A DNA stretch of 64,000 bases from Octopus sinensis (GCF_006345805.1 NC_042998.1:45818001-45882000); one strand, 5' to 3'. Counted from the first letter of the stretch, positions 26,156-48,745 are shown. Notes: a model not told the origin generated them from the letters alone. Numbers and translations: made by a program.

Positions 26156-26274
26156 GTGGGTCATTGATCAACTGGTAGCTTTCAAGATAGAAATGTGAGA
26201 CTATTTTTATGTTAGATTTAATATGATACACATGTGGGCAAATAGGAAAAAAATCGAAAGTGAACCATTGCACC

Positions 26275-26321
<47 letters not shown>

Positions 26322-26736
26322 AATAAAAATAAAGTTGCTGATCGCTAGCTTAGAGCATCACTATGACTAAGTCCAGCTTTGGTCTTCAAAAACGATTTTC
26401 GATGTTTTCGACCCATGACTCACTGAATAATGCATTAAAAGTGCTACAGCACATCATCGATTTTTAATAAATTTTATTGTATTTTTTTTCAAAAAAGACT
26501 AATAAAATTGTTTTAAAGCAGAGATGGGTGTGTACATTGTACTTTGCCACAAAGGAATATACAGGTATGATACATAAAATAAACACCAATTCTTTTATTA
26601 TTATTTGTCAACTAGTTAACCATTTACACATTTAATCAATCAATTTTAATCGGTTTGTCAATGGATCAACTAGATCAAAGTCCTTTTGTCGGCATTCGTA
26701 ACCTAATTAGTGACATGCTTTCTCTACCCAGATCTA

Positions 26737-27302
26737 TTGGGTTGTCCGGAAAGTTCGTGCCGATTTATAGCAGCTTACCTTTCGACTTATTTTAGATTAT
26801 GGTTGAGTCCATAAAACAGGATTTGACTAAACATCCATTTAGAGAACAATTCAAGCTATTTTTTCGTGGAAGAAGGTTTATGTTCCTATAACCTGTGTTA
26901 ATTCTGTAACCCTTTAAAATGGAAGATAAGAAAGTTCATTTTCGGCACTTGATGCTTTGGAAACCAGACTAAAATTGCTGCAGCTCGGCTGGGATGTGTT
27001 ATCGCACCGTCCATATTCACCAGATATTGCTCCTTCAGATTTCCACTTATTCAGGTCCCTGCAGAATAGTCTTAATGGTAAAAATTTCAATTCCTTGGAT
27101 GACGTAAAAAGATACCTTGATGAATTCTTTACCATGACACCACCTCAATTCTCGGAAGAGTTTATATTCAAGTTAAAGGAAAGATGGAGACGCATTGTGC
27201 AACAAAATGGTTCATATTTGGTTGATTAAAAATGTAATGACAAGTATTTATTGACCTTTTTCTTTCCTTTAAAAATCGGCACAAACTTTCCGGACAACCC
27301 TA
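26737..27302 (+). mobile_element. Non-autonomous mariner derivative, 566 bp, TA TSD
   Basis: TIR TTGGGTTGTCCGGAAAGTTCGTGCCGATTT; transposase N-terminus fused to C-terminal HRPYSPDIAPSDFHLF. Confidence 0.9.
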
Positions 27303-27329
27303 TACTTCGACTCTGCTTGATTATTTGAT

Positions 27330-27351
27330 AATGATGATGTTGATGACGACA

Positions 27352-27412
<61 letters not shown>

Positions 27413-27487
27413 TGATGACGATGATGATGATGATGATGATGATGGTGATGATGATGGTGGTGGTGGAGGTGGTGGTGGTGTTGGTGG
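27330..27487. repeat. Compound trinucleotide microsatellite (GAC/GAT/GGT)
   Basis: Direct reading. Confidence 0.95.
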
Positions 27488-27994
27488 TAAAAAAGATATA
27501 AAACCTGTGCGTGTGTTTGTTATTGGCATAATGACCCACCCGAAATACAGCAAATGTTTATTCACGAGTCTACAAAGTTTTTGATTTGATCTTTAATCTA
27601 CTGCTCCCCAACCTCACTTCAGCCAATATCGCTAAAAGGGGCGTGAAAGGAAGTCGACAATGGGTGGTATTCGGTAAAGGCGGCGCTTTTGATGTGCCGT
27701 ATGTTGTATTTTCCCGATGTGGGAATGGATAGTCAACTTAAACGCTCGTTACACATCGGTACCCAGCACATTTATCGCCTGAGGCCAATATAAGAAATCA
27801 CATCTTTTTCTTCACATATGTCACTTTTTTTTTTACCGTGTGTGTGTGTGTGTACACATTTAGTATTAACTGTCGGAGAAAGGAGTACTCAGTACCATGG
27901 TGGAGATAAATATTTTATTTTTGGTCGAGTCGGCCTCTTGCTAAGTTTCATCAGTAGGCACACAGGATCTTCAGGTAAGTTGTGAAAAGCAAAA

Positions 27995-28089
<95 letters not shown>

Positions 28090-28149
28090 CAACGGTGGTG
28101 CCCCAGTATGATCACAGTTTTAAAGCTGGAACACTTTAAAGATTTATAT

Positions 28150-28705
28150 AGGCGTAGGAGTGGCTGTGTGCTAAGTAGCTTGCTTACCAACCACTGTGTG
28201 ACACCTTGGCCAAGTGTCTTCTACTATAGCCTCGGGCCGACCAAAGCCTTGTGAGAAGATTTGGTAGACGGAAATTGAAAGAAGCCCGTCGTATATATAT
28301 ATATACTTGTGTGTGTGTGTTTGTGTGTGTGTGTATGTGTACGTTTGTGTGTCTGTGATTGTCCCTCCAACATCGCTTGACAACCGATGCTGGTGTGTTT
28401 ACGTCCCCGTAACTTAGCGGTTCGTCAAAAGAGGCCGATAGAATAAGTGCTAGGCTTACAAAGAATAAGTCCTGGGGCCGATTTGCTCGACTAAAGGCGG
28501 TGCTCCAGCATGGCCACAGTCAAATGACTGAAACAAGTATAGGAGTAAAAGAGAGACTGCAGCGATGCTGCACCACCGCCTTTAGTCGAACAAATCGACC
28601 CCAAGACTTTTTCTGTGTAAGCCTAGTACTTATTCTATCGGTCTCGTAGGCCGAACCACAAAGTTACGGGGACGTAAACCCACTAACATCGATTGTCAAG
28701 CGATG
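28150..28705. mobile_element. SINE family B full copy (+, 28150-28555) followed tail-to-tail by a partial minus copy (28560-28705)
   Basis: Family B blocks in both orientations. Confidence 0.85.
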
Positions 28706-28709
28706 GTGG

Positions 28710-29310
28710 GGCAGACTATCACGCGTACTTGATTTCGATTCCCGGTTCGCTAGCAGCGTTTATTTTACCTAATGAATCTATTTTTATTCGAATAACCAAC
28801 AATTTCATAAATGCACAGCTGAAAGATTCTTGTTGCTGCGCAATAGCATGTGAAAGTGTTACGCACTTTATCACACGTATGTGGTTTCGATTTCCGGTTC
28901 ACTAGCAACGTTTATTTTACTTATAGACACTTTTCTTTTGGGTAACCATCAATTTTACCTGGGCACAATTGAAAAATTGTTGCACTACAGTATAGGGACG
29001 TGTGTGGCTTAAAGATTAGGGAGTTGCTCACACCATCGCAAGAACGTGGTTTCCATCTCCGGACCGCAAGCTGTGTTTATTTAAGTAAAGAAACTATTCT
29101 TTCGAATAACGAACAATTTTCTAGTGCACAGCTGAAAGACTCTTGCTGCTGCACTGCAGTAGGTGAAGGCGCATGGCTATGTGGTTAAGGTATTGCACTC
29201 ACGACCGCAAGATCGTCGTTTCGATTCCTGGTCCGGGCGATGCGTTGTGTTCTTGAGCAAAACACTTTATTTCACGTGGCTCCAGTCCACTCAGCTGTAA
29301 ATGAGTAACT
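28710..29310 (+). repeat. Degenerate tandem array of tRNA-like heads (period 150-170 bp) ending in a SINE family C head
   Basis: B-box-like GxTTCGATTC at ~28731, 28883, 29048, 29218; spacer motif GCACAGCTGAAAGA at 28813, 28963, 29126. Confidence 0.55.
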
Positions 29311-29321
29311 CTATGACAGAA

Positions 29322-29920
29322 AGGCGGTGAGCTGGCAGAAACGTTAGCACGCCGGGCGAAATGCTTAGCGGTATTTCGTATGCCGTTACGTTCTGAGTTC
29401 AAATTCCGCCGAGGTCGACTTTGCCTTTCATCCTTTCGGGGTCGATTAAATAAGTACCATTTACGCACTGGAGTCGATATAATCAACGTAATCCGTTTGT
29501 CTGTCCTTGTTAGTCCTCTCTGTGTGTAGCGCCTTGTGGGTAGTAAAGAAATGGGTATTTCGTCTTCCGTTACGTTCTGAGTTCAAATTCTGTCGGGGTC
29601 GACTTTGCCTTTCATCCTTTCGGGGTCGATTAAATAAGTACCATTTACGCACTGGAGTCGATATAATCAACGTAATCCGTTTGTCTGTCCTTGTTAGTCC
29701 TCTCTGTGTGTAGCGCCTTGTGGGTAGTAAAGAAATGGGTATTTCGTCTTCCGTTACGTTCTGAGTTCAAATTCTGTCGGGGTCGACTTTGCCTTTCATC
29801 CTTTCGGGGTCGATAAATTAAGTACCAGTTACGCACTGGGGTCGATGTAATCGATTTAATCTCCTTTTCTGTCCTTGTTTGTCCCCTCTATATTTAGCCC
29901 CTTGTGGGCAATAAAGAAAT
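29322..29920 (+). mobile_element. Tandem triplet of SINE family A bodies (184-bp internal duplication)
   Basis: Identical 184-bp period visible at 29461/29645. Confidence 0.9.
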
Positions 29921-30158
29921 AAGATCGGTTCTGATCTCGGTCACTTATACGCCATGGAAACCGGGTATCCGGCCCAGTGAGTTGTGACACTCAAAATAGT
30001 AATATTCAGGAGACTTGCTAAGACTGCAGCAAATATTCCACAACAGACAAGAAAGAAAGGGGTGGGGAAAGGCTTTTAAAAACATCCCTTAAAGTAACTG
30101 ATCATCCACTTATTTCTCTGAAATGGATCAAACAGGTTATTGTCTGAAGGTTCTATCA

Positions 30159-30542
30159 TCTCTCTATATAAACGGCAGTTTGTCTGTCTGCGTGTCTGTG
30201 TGTCTGTTAGGTTGTATCCTCACCCTGACCATGGCTTTCAATCGATTCTGATGAAACTTGACACACACATAGCCCAATGTCATAATTCAAAACTAACGCA
30301 GCCAAAATTTTGAAAAGTTCCCCCAGTTCTGAAAAAAAATCGATAAATTCGACATGGGGTCGAGAATCAGAAACACAAACCACAGACTGTCTAGGGGACG
30401 CAACTCGACCTTTTTAACTCTCAAAAAAATTTACCATCATTTTTTTTTTCCATTTTTTGGCTATTTTTTGGCTATAACTCTCTAAAAATGCTTTATAGTT
30501 ATTTCCCTTACAAACCCGAGCAACGCCGGGCGATACTGCTAG
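30159..30542 (+). mobile_element. Non-autonomous Helitron
   Basis: Inserted A|TC...CTAG|T; subterminal hairpin CCCGAGCAACGCCGGG about 6 nt before CTAG; no TSD. Confidence 0.8.
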
Positions 30543-31184
30543 TATAAGATAACAGCCACTACAACATCAGCTGTTAAATACATATGCATGATACCATCTT
30601 TTAGTGCGTTAGGCGCTGCAAATACTCTGCAACCCAGACAAATAAGTTCAAGGACAGTTTTTACTTTCCCACGCATCTATTAGACAGCTGAATACAGCTC
30701 TCTAGTAGTGATGTTACTAATATATGTATATGGACGTTTGCATGTGTCGATGTAATTCGTGTTATTGTAATCATATATAATGGCATCGTATGCATTTCAC
30801 GCATTACTTACTGTCCCTGCATTGTCATTGTGCTGTAATGTGTCATGATGCTAAAAAAAAAATGTTGGAGGGGCCGACTAGATGCATTGAAGTACTGGTT
30901 TCAAATTTTGGCACAAAGCCAACAGTTTCAGGGTAGGGGCTTAGTCAATTACACCGATTCCATTACTGAACTAATACTTATTTTCTCGACTCCGAAAGGG
31001 CGAAAGGCAAATTCGACCCCGGCGGCTAAGTTGCGGAACACAAACAAACCAACACTTGTAAGGCGGACAGACACAAGTACAAAGACAAAGATGGGCCACA
31101 TACATACATATTTATATGCGTGCATGTATGCATACGAATATGCATACATACATATACACACACACACACCACACACACACACAC

Positions 31185-31241
<57 letters not shown>

Positions 31242-31308
31242 GCATGCACACATACATATTTAGAAACATACATATATACATACATATATTCATGTATGGA
31301 TGAGTGTC

Positions 31309-31364
<56 letters not shown>

Positions 31365-31747
31365 TATATATACACACACACATATATATGCGCTTGTGTG
31401 TATAAATATGAGTATTTATACGCATGTGTATATATGTATGTGTATGTATGTATTTATGTACGTACGTATGTATGTATGTATGTACGTACGTATGTATGTA
31501 TGTTCGTACGTGTTTATATATATATATATATAATTAGCGGTTACAATAACCGCCTAAGGGATATATATCATCGGTATCAGTTACCCGTGCTATCTCTGGG
31601 CATGGGTATACAGGCAGCCTATGCTCATAGAGTACAGGTAGCAACAGAATGAATGAAATAAATGTTGTCATGTTTTGTATTAAATAATAAGCTACTGATG
31701 TGGTCTAATTGTTTCGTTTGTTGATCTCAGGTTTTCTCCATTTTCTG

Positions 31748-31811
<64 letters not shown>

Positions 31812-31814
<3 letters not shown>

Positions 31815-32290
31815 CTTGGCTACATCGAGTTCAGCCATTTCGTAGAGTGCCTCGCCGATGAGGGTGCAACTGGAGGAGATTGAAGAAAGATAGGTCAGCA
31901 GGGTCATGTCCAATGCAGAACGGAAGCCAAGGCCGCTGAATTTAACAGGTAGTTTAGCCTGTTGCCAACTGGTGCTGTCAAAACTGACATTGTAGATCAG
32001 TTTAGCACACTGCCAGATGGTGTCATCGATATCTCTGAGGAGATCTGTGAGAAGGTGGCATGGTGCACTGCGTAGCAAGAAAAGGAGCTTTGGCAGGGCA
32101 AAGCAATTGCTCAAGAAGAAGAGGGCTGGGTGCACGTCAATGAGGCGCAATCTTTCAGTTAACCTAGACAAGCCCGCAAGCTTGGTCTCCAGACACTTTG
32201 TTATGACATTCAGAAGGATTGGAGAGCCAAGAATACAGACGCCTTCCCTTGGTGTCAGCCGATTCCCCGTCAAAACAGGTTGGATGATGA
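31812..32290 (-). mobile_element. CRE-like (R2-superfamily) non-LTR RT/thumb fragment
   Basis: GVCILGSPI, ALFFLSNCFALPKLLFLLRSAP, WQQAKLPVKFSGLGFRSA. Confidence 0.6.
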
Positions 32291-32471
32291 GTTTTCCTTC
32301 CATAATGCTTCGCGGTATTTCGCCCATCGCTACGTTCTGGGATCAAATTTCGCCTATGTCGACTTTGCCTTTCATCCTTTCGGGGTCGATGAAATTAAGT
32401 ATCAGTTGAATATTGGGGACGATGTAATCTCCCTCCCCCAAATTTCGGGCCTTGTGCCTATAGTAGAAAAG

Positions 32472-32521
<50 letters not shown>

Positions 32522-32965
32522 CTCTATATATATAAACGGCAAAATGTCTGTGTGCGTGTCCATTATACAAATCCACAATTTTTCAGTTAGAGGGCTCGCA
32601 CTTTCTCTGGTCATTCAAAACCGTCCAAGGGTGGTCATGCACATCTTTCGCGCGGGCAGAATCGTCCGCACACCGGACGAAATGCTTAGCGGCATTTCGT
32701 CTGTCTATATATTCTGAGTTCAGATTTCGCCGAAGTCGACTTTGCCTTTCATCCTTTCGGAATCGATAAAATAAATAGCAGTACAGCACCGGGATCGATG
32801 TCATCGTCTTACCCACTCTCTGGAAACTGCCGGCCTTGTGCCAAAATTTGAAACCAATATTAATATGATCGAAAAGGCAGCAAGCTGGTCGAATCATTTG
32901 CACGCCGGCAAATGCTTAGCGGCGTTACGTCCGTCTTTGCGTTCCGAGTTCAAATTCTGCCGAAA
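32290..32965 (+). mobile_element. Cluster of three partial SINE family A-type copies
   Basis: Cores at ~32350, ~32720 and a head at ~32900. Confidence 0.8.
32519..32640 (+). mobile_element. Helitron-like 5' fragment nested between SINE copies
   Basis: TCTCTATATATAAACGGCA..TGTCTGTGTGCGTGTC, similar to the 30159 element 5' end. Confidence 0.5.
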
Positions 32966-33369
32966 GGATTATTATTATTTTCGTTGTTGTTACTTTGTTT
33001 TATAGAGTAGTTGCAAGTCCCTCTTTCTCTCTCTCCCTCTCTCTCTCTCTCTCCACTCTCTCGCCCATCTCTTCCCCCCCTTCTCTCACACATACGCTCG
33101 ATGGGCATGCACCCAGTTTATGTCCGCCATATTCCCTCATTAGGCATTTGTTGACCTCTGGGTGAGAGTGGGGGAAAGTTATCTTGACCTACATTGCAAA
33201 TTTCCCTTGAAAGCCTCGTTAATGTTGGCCGTTTTACTCTAAGTATTATTTATGATTTGTAATGAGAACAGAATCTGAGAACTAGGATTCTGTTAAATTT
33301 GTAATATCTTCGATTAAGTGAGTCAGATATTCTCAGGTTGACAGTATTTTTCTTATGATGTTTGCAATA

Positions 33370-33520
33370 CTCACGAGAAGAATTTACTTGTAGCTTTGAT
33401 ACTTTTAGTTTTCCTGATACTTGGCTGTAGTGTTTAAGAGTGCCATTTGGTATTATCCTCAAAGCTCCGATAATTACAGGTACAGTTGTCGTATTCCCTA
33501 CTAAAAGTAGATTTTGCGTT
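33370..33520 (-). mobile_element. R4/Dong-like 3' fragment
   Basis: TTTVPVIIGALRIIPNG..KLKVSKLQ, homologous to the C-terminus of ORF 1252..1680. Confidence 0.5.
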
Positions 33521-33578
33521 AGAAAACAGAATATTGCATTATTTACCATGAAAAGACGTCCCGTATGGACTTGTGGTG

Positions 33579-33586
33579 TATATAAG
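33579..33586 (+). promoter_or_regulatory. Candidate TATA box upstream of HYKK
   Basis: TATATAAG in non-repetitive, CpG-containing sequence about 650 nt upstream of coding exon 1; position only. Confidence 0.2.
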
Positions 33587-33850
33587 CACTCGTGATTATA
33601 TAGCTGACGGACGATAACCGTCCTCTACGGCCGCCGGAGCTGTTACATCATGTGATTTCCACATTCCTTGGCCTTTTCAATGGTAGACGTCCGGTTAGAC
33701 ACAGCAGTCAAATTCCCAAGTCAGTGATATATAGAATCTCAGTTTCTATTCAGGAACTGGTGTCGCAAATAGCCAGTGGGCTTATTTAAAGATAGCCATC
33801 AGCGACAGAAGCAGTAATAATACTAAAGAATATATTTTGTCCCCCATTAG

Positions 33851-34045
33851 GGCGGCGAGCTGGCAAAATGCTTTGCAGCATTTCGTCCGTCGCTACGTTC
33901 TGAGTACAAATTCGGCCGAGGTAGACTTTACCTTTCATCCTTTCAGGGTCGATAAAATAAGGACCAATTGAGCACTGGGGGTCGATGTAATCGATTAACT
34001 CTCTCCACTGAAATTACTGGCCTTGTGCCAAAATTTGAAACCAAT
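33851..34045 (+). mobile_element. SINE family A-type, alternative tail
   Basis: Same head and core. Confidence 0.85.
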
Positions 34046-34237
34046 ATTAATCTCCCACTAAAAGTGGATGTTATGTTAGAACACAGAATACTGTGTTATT
34101 TAGTTTGAGAGAATCTCTCATATAGACTTGTGGGAGTTTTGAGATCATGAATTATTAAAAAAAAAAAAATACGAATATGATGATAAATTGTACTAAACTG
34201 AACTGAATTGAATTTCAGAGTACCAACTTCTACTAAG

Positions 34238-43648
<9,411 letters not shown>

Positions 43649-43661
43649 CGAGAATATATGA

Positions 43662-43667
43662 AATAAA
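43662..43667 (+). terminator. Candidate polyadenylation signal of HYKK
   Basis: AATAAA 13 nt after the stop codon; not verified. Confidence 0.35.
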
Positions 43668-43757
43668 ATGAAAAAGAACGATTGAATATATAGCTTTTGT
43701 TCTCGCGTTTTTTTATACACGTCTAACACAGAATTACACGTATGTAAATGTTCACTT

Positions 43758-43890
43758 GCATATACCTAACTACCTACCTATATACATACATACGCACATA
43801 CATACATACATACATACATACATGCATGCATACATACATACATACATACATACATACATAACATACATACATACATGTATACATGCATAC

Positions 43891-43921
<31 letters not shown>

Positions 43922-44035
43922 CATACATGCATACATACATGCATACATGCATGCATACATACATACATACATACATACATACATACATACATACATACAT
44001 ACATACATACATACATACATACATACATACATTAC
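43758..44035. repeat. (TACA)n microsatellite
   Basis: Direct reading. Confidence 0.95.
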
Positions 44036-44250
44036 ATTATGGCTGCCCCCTCGTTATCGAGTATGGCCATTGCACGAAGCTTAACTGTTACTGGTGCTGT
44101 GATCGAATGTGAATTTTTAGCCCAGCTAAAGATCTACAATGTCTTGTACAAAATTGGCAACTAAAACCTTTACTGGTAATAGCCGGCTGTAGTTGTAACT
44201 GGGTTTCATGTACCTTTGCATGTCGTTTAAGTCCTCCTGCCGAATTACAC
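44030..44250 (-). mobile_element. RTE-like LINE 3' end with C2H2 fingers, within (TGTA)n
   Basis: CNSAGGLKRHAKVH, FSCQFCTRHCRSLAGLKIHIRSQH, then a short UTR and a microsatellite tail. Confidence 0.65.
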
Positions 44251-44267
44251 ATACATACATACATACA

Positions 44268-44301
<34 letters not shown>

Positions 44302-44766
44302 CATACAAGAATATTTAGCGATCGAATTTGGATTACTATTTCCGATGCAACAAAAGCCCATTAAAACATAACATTTTAAAAAACAGCTAAAGAATACGAT
44401 TGCAATTTGCTAAAATGCTACCAACGTCATAAAAAAAATCTGATAATTCAAGTCTTCATGTGGAACGGGATGTAACAACAATTTTATCTTTGGCGCATAT
44501 TTTTACTTTTTTTTTTTTGGTTGACTACCACTATATATTAAGCAGATTTTAGCCACAAACAGAGGAAAGTACACGCAGACAGCATAAGGTTGTAATCAGA
44601 CAATAACAGAACCAGCAGCTGTCCAGAGTGCTGTCGCAACACGAAACGAATGGGCGGCAGCAACAGCAACACAATGATCAGCTAACACCAAGAAACTCGC
44701 GACAGCGATTATTATCAAAAATTTTAAACAGGTTTCTTTGTTTATCGTCCACACACACATATATAT

Positions 44767-44857
<91 letters not shown>

Positions 44858-44862
<5 letters not shown>

Positions 44863-45060
44863 TAATCCAAACAAGAAAGCACAAAAAAACACAGCAACGC
44901 GAGAACGTGGAACAAATATAGTATTATTGGACGCTCAGGAAAGAAGGAAAGAAGGAGGGTTTAACGTTTCGAGCAGAGCTCTTCGTCGGAAACATAGGAG
45001 AAGGAAAGATCCAGAGAAGGGAAGACAGAGGAAAAAAATCGCCAACGGTACACACGAGGT
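44858..45060 (-). mobile_element. Small HHR-bearing element between two (TA)n arrays
   Basis: About 200 bp purine-rich insert with the minimal HHR; a related decayed copy lies at ~5225-5340. Confidence 0.5.
44959..44993 (-). ncRNA. Minimal hammerhead-like motif, U4C variant
   Basis: Minus strand GUUU-CCGACGA-A-GAGC-UCU-GCUC-GAAAC-GUU-AAAC. Confidence 0.55.
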
Positions 45061-45061
45061 C

Positions 45062-45125
<64 letters not shown>

Positions 45126-45175
45126 CACACACACACACACATATATAAATATATATATATATATATAATATATAT

Positions 45176-45208
<33 letters not shown>

Positions 45209-45210
<2 letters not shown>

Positions 45211-45495
45211 CAGTGTACATTTAAACACATAAGAGGTAACCATCATAGGACACCTAGCATGCTAGAAGGAATAGCCAAAATCCAAAATCACTATTAGGGA
45301 CAAATCTCGAAGGGAAATTATTTTATTTGCTAATATAGAGCTAGAAACCATGGTCCAGGAGATAGATGGTAAATGTTTTTATATTTCATTCTCTTCGAGA
45401 TTTGTCCCTAATAGTGGTTTGGATTCTGGCTATTCCTTCTAGCATGTTAGGTGTCCTGTGATGGTCACCTCTTATGTGTTTAAATGTACATTGTA
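45209..45495. mobile_element. Long-TIR fold-back MITE abutting (TA)n
   Basis: About 108-bp arms 45209-45316 / 45389-45495 with a few mismatches. Confidence 0.8.
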
Positions 45496-46759
45496 TTTAT
45501 ATGAATAATATATAGTCTATTGACTAGTTTTCTACATGCTAGGCCACTGGTAGTAAAAAATTTCTAAACCTTTTCCTACCCTGATATTCATTAATTACGT
45601 ATATATATATATATATATAATATATATATATATATATTATATATATATATATATTATATATATATATTATATATATATATATACATATGCATATGTATAC
45701 ACATACCCGACAAAGATATTGAGTTCGATTTTATTTTGTTGGTAATATTATCGAGGATGTTATAATACTTACAAAGACACTGCTATATTAAGAAAGCTAT
45801 CACGTGTAGAGCAGTGCCAACGAACTAAGACACTTTGAATCAACAGCATAAACTCCAGAAGACCATCAAATCTTAATAATACTAAAGCTATAGAGATGTT
45901 TCTGTGTTCCCGAAATATCTCAGTATATGTTATCTTGATTTGTTCTTCATATTTATCTTCATACTTACTTTCAGCAGTGCAGTACAAATTTTTGTGATAT
46001 TTGGACCTCTATATATTCATGAAAACGATTAAACACACAATTTTTGTTTGTTATTTCTTGGTGAAAAAAAACATGGCTTCCGTGACGTCAAGACACATAC
46101 ATACATACAGTATACACACATATATAATGAATGTAATGGCGTGTCAATCAACACGAACATACGTCCGCATGTAAATAAAATAGTAAGTGTGTAAGGTGAA
46201 TACCGGAATTACATTCTACCAAAACATTCGTCAACCCAAGGACGAAGCGTTGGCTGGTCAGAAAGAAATGTTTTTGATAATCCTGCAGTAATGGAAAGAT
46301 CCCAAGGTATATTTAAATCAGTTGTTGAATAGGAAACGAATTACAAGTTTTCAAGACGAAGCCAATAAACTTCATTTTTATTTTGCTTACGATGTTTATA
46401 GGAATTCTGAGTCTGTAAATGCAGTCTTCAAGTTTCAAATCTTAACGTTAACAAACTACTTGGAGATCTTGGGGAATCAAGAAACATTGTTTTACAGAAA
46501 ATGTATATATGAATAAGACCACCAAAAGCTGCCTTATGAAAAAAGTTCGAAAGAGTTCGAATGAATAAGCGTATCGCATCATCCGTCGCTCGGGTTAACA
46601 AGAGACGCACTCGGACCTTAGGTAGTGAGAACCGTTTGAAAAATACATTGCAATGTCTACCCAATGCCGGTACAACCAACAATAAGTTTGCGACTTGTTC
46701 TGGGGGTGCGTGGGTGGGAGCATAATGCATGTCCCGGGATCTTGAAGCAGGTCCACTTG

Positions 46760-46905
46760 GGAAGAACCATTAGTGACTGTGAATTGGAATGTCACAACCC
46801 TTAAGGGTAAAGAGCAGGAATTAATGGAGGAGGCCAAACACTACCGGCTAGACATAGTCGGCACCCCTTCTACAGAGATTCGTGGATTTGGTACCGGAGG
46901 CCATA
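46760..46905 (+). mobile_element. RTE-like APE endonuclease N-terminal fragment
   Basis: NWNVTTLKGKEQELMEEAKHYRLDIVG. Confidence 0.6.
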
Positions 46906-48179
46906 ACATACTTAAAGCAGTTCAAATGATTTATGATTTGTTTTTTCTTCGTCTTCCTGCGGCCAGGACCGAGATACCCTGCTGGGTCATCCACCAGACT
47001 TCTCATGATGGCCTAAAGCATTTCAAACAATAATTGATTAGTTCTAGCCCTGAGCGATAGGAATTACTTAGAAGTCGCATAAGTTGTTCTCAATAGGGCA
47101 GCTCAGAAACAAGGTAGTCAAACAGACTTGGAAATATAAAACCTTCTATATCTCACCTTACTGAATTTCAGTTAGCATTGCCTGATCTTTTACAGCTTAA
47201 AAGCTAAGAAAATGAATGTACACATTTCCCTATCCCAAATCATTATATCAGGTCTGTTGTGCTTACATTTTATTGAGGTTTTCACTGAGACATCCCACCA
47301 GTACTCCTTTTTATTATGAATGGATATGGCTTCTACCATACTGTGGGTTCTTATTTATTTTGTCCTCGGGGCTGTCCTTCCGACGGATTTCATTATAGAG
47401 TGTCCTAGCTACATCATGTCTCATCGAAAGATAAATTCCTGATGACATTTTCGGACAACTGTTTATGATGTGGGTGATATCTTCGTGTTAACTGAACAGT
47501 CTGCATCGGTTGTCACATTTTACTGCTTTTCCTGCATCTCTATCCCTTTTGTACATCGTATGCATGTGTGTGTATGTATGTATGTATGTATGTATGTATG
47601 TATGTATGTGTGTGTGTGTGTGTATGTATGCGTGTGTGTATGAATCTATGTATGTATTCTGTATACTCATGTGTTAGTGTTTTTGTGAATGTTTGCATGT
47701 ATGTATGTATGTGTGTGTGTGTGTGTGTGTGTTGTGTGTGTGTGTGTTTGTGTATGTGTGTGTGTATTTGTGTGCACCTCTATCTCTTTGTGTGTGCGTA
47801 AATGCATTTATGAAAGTTTACCTGTGATCACACTGAGTCGGGAAGGCTGATATTAGTCATTACGTTCAATTTATGCTTCGTAATCATACACTATATCAGC
47901 AGTTTACTGCATTCATATTCTATAACAACGATATTTTTCCACGCATAAGAAACAACCACGACTTCAAAATGTTATGTAAAGCCATTATTTTTATTGTAAA
48001 ACTGAGAGTTTTTGCTGTATTTAGACTTTAAATCCTTTATTCTGTGAGGAACCACCACTTCTCATAGGGATACAGAAATCTGTTGTGTTCTGCTGAGTAA
48101 AGTTTCCCTCGTAGGCTCGCATTACTCCTTTAAGATTTTTTCTAACTTTTATGTTTCCTAGTACCTTATTATCATTTTA

Positions 48180-48745
48180 TTGGGTTGTCCGGAAAGTTCG
48201 TGCCGATTTTTAAAGGAAAGAAAAAGGTCGATAAATGCTTGCCGTTACATTTTTAATCAACCAAATATGAATCATTTTGTTGTACAGTGCGTCTCCATCT
48301 TTCCTTTAACTTGAAAATACCCTCTTCCAAGAATTGAGGTGGTTTCACAGCAAAGAATTCATCAAGGTATCTTTTTACGTCATCCAAGGAATTGAAATTT
48401 TTACCATTAAGACTATTCTGCAGAGACTTTAATAAGTGGAAATCCGAAGGAGCAATATCTGGTGAATATGGAGGGTGGGGTAACACATCCCAGCCGAGCT
48501 GCAGCAATTTTAGTCTGGTTCCCAAAGCATCAAGTGCCGAAAATGAACTTTCTTATCTTCCATTTTAAAGGGTTACAGAATTAACACATGTTGTAGGAAC
48601 ATAAACCTTCTTCCACGAAAAGATAGCTTAAACTGCGCTCTAAATGGAGGTGTAGTCAAATCCTATTTTATGGACTCAACCATGTTCTAAAATAAGTCGA
48701 AATGTAAGCTGCTATAAATCGGCACGAACTTTCCGGACAACCCAA
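48180..48745 (-). mobile_element. Non-autonomous mariner derivative, 566 bp, same family
   Basis: Same TIRs, TA TSD and internal deletion point; HPPYSPDIAPSDFHL. Confidence 0.9.

Noticed and set aside
46428-46730. 100-aa ORF and a basic-region-like peptide on the opposite strand
   Set aside because: No convincing domain or splice context.
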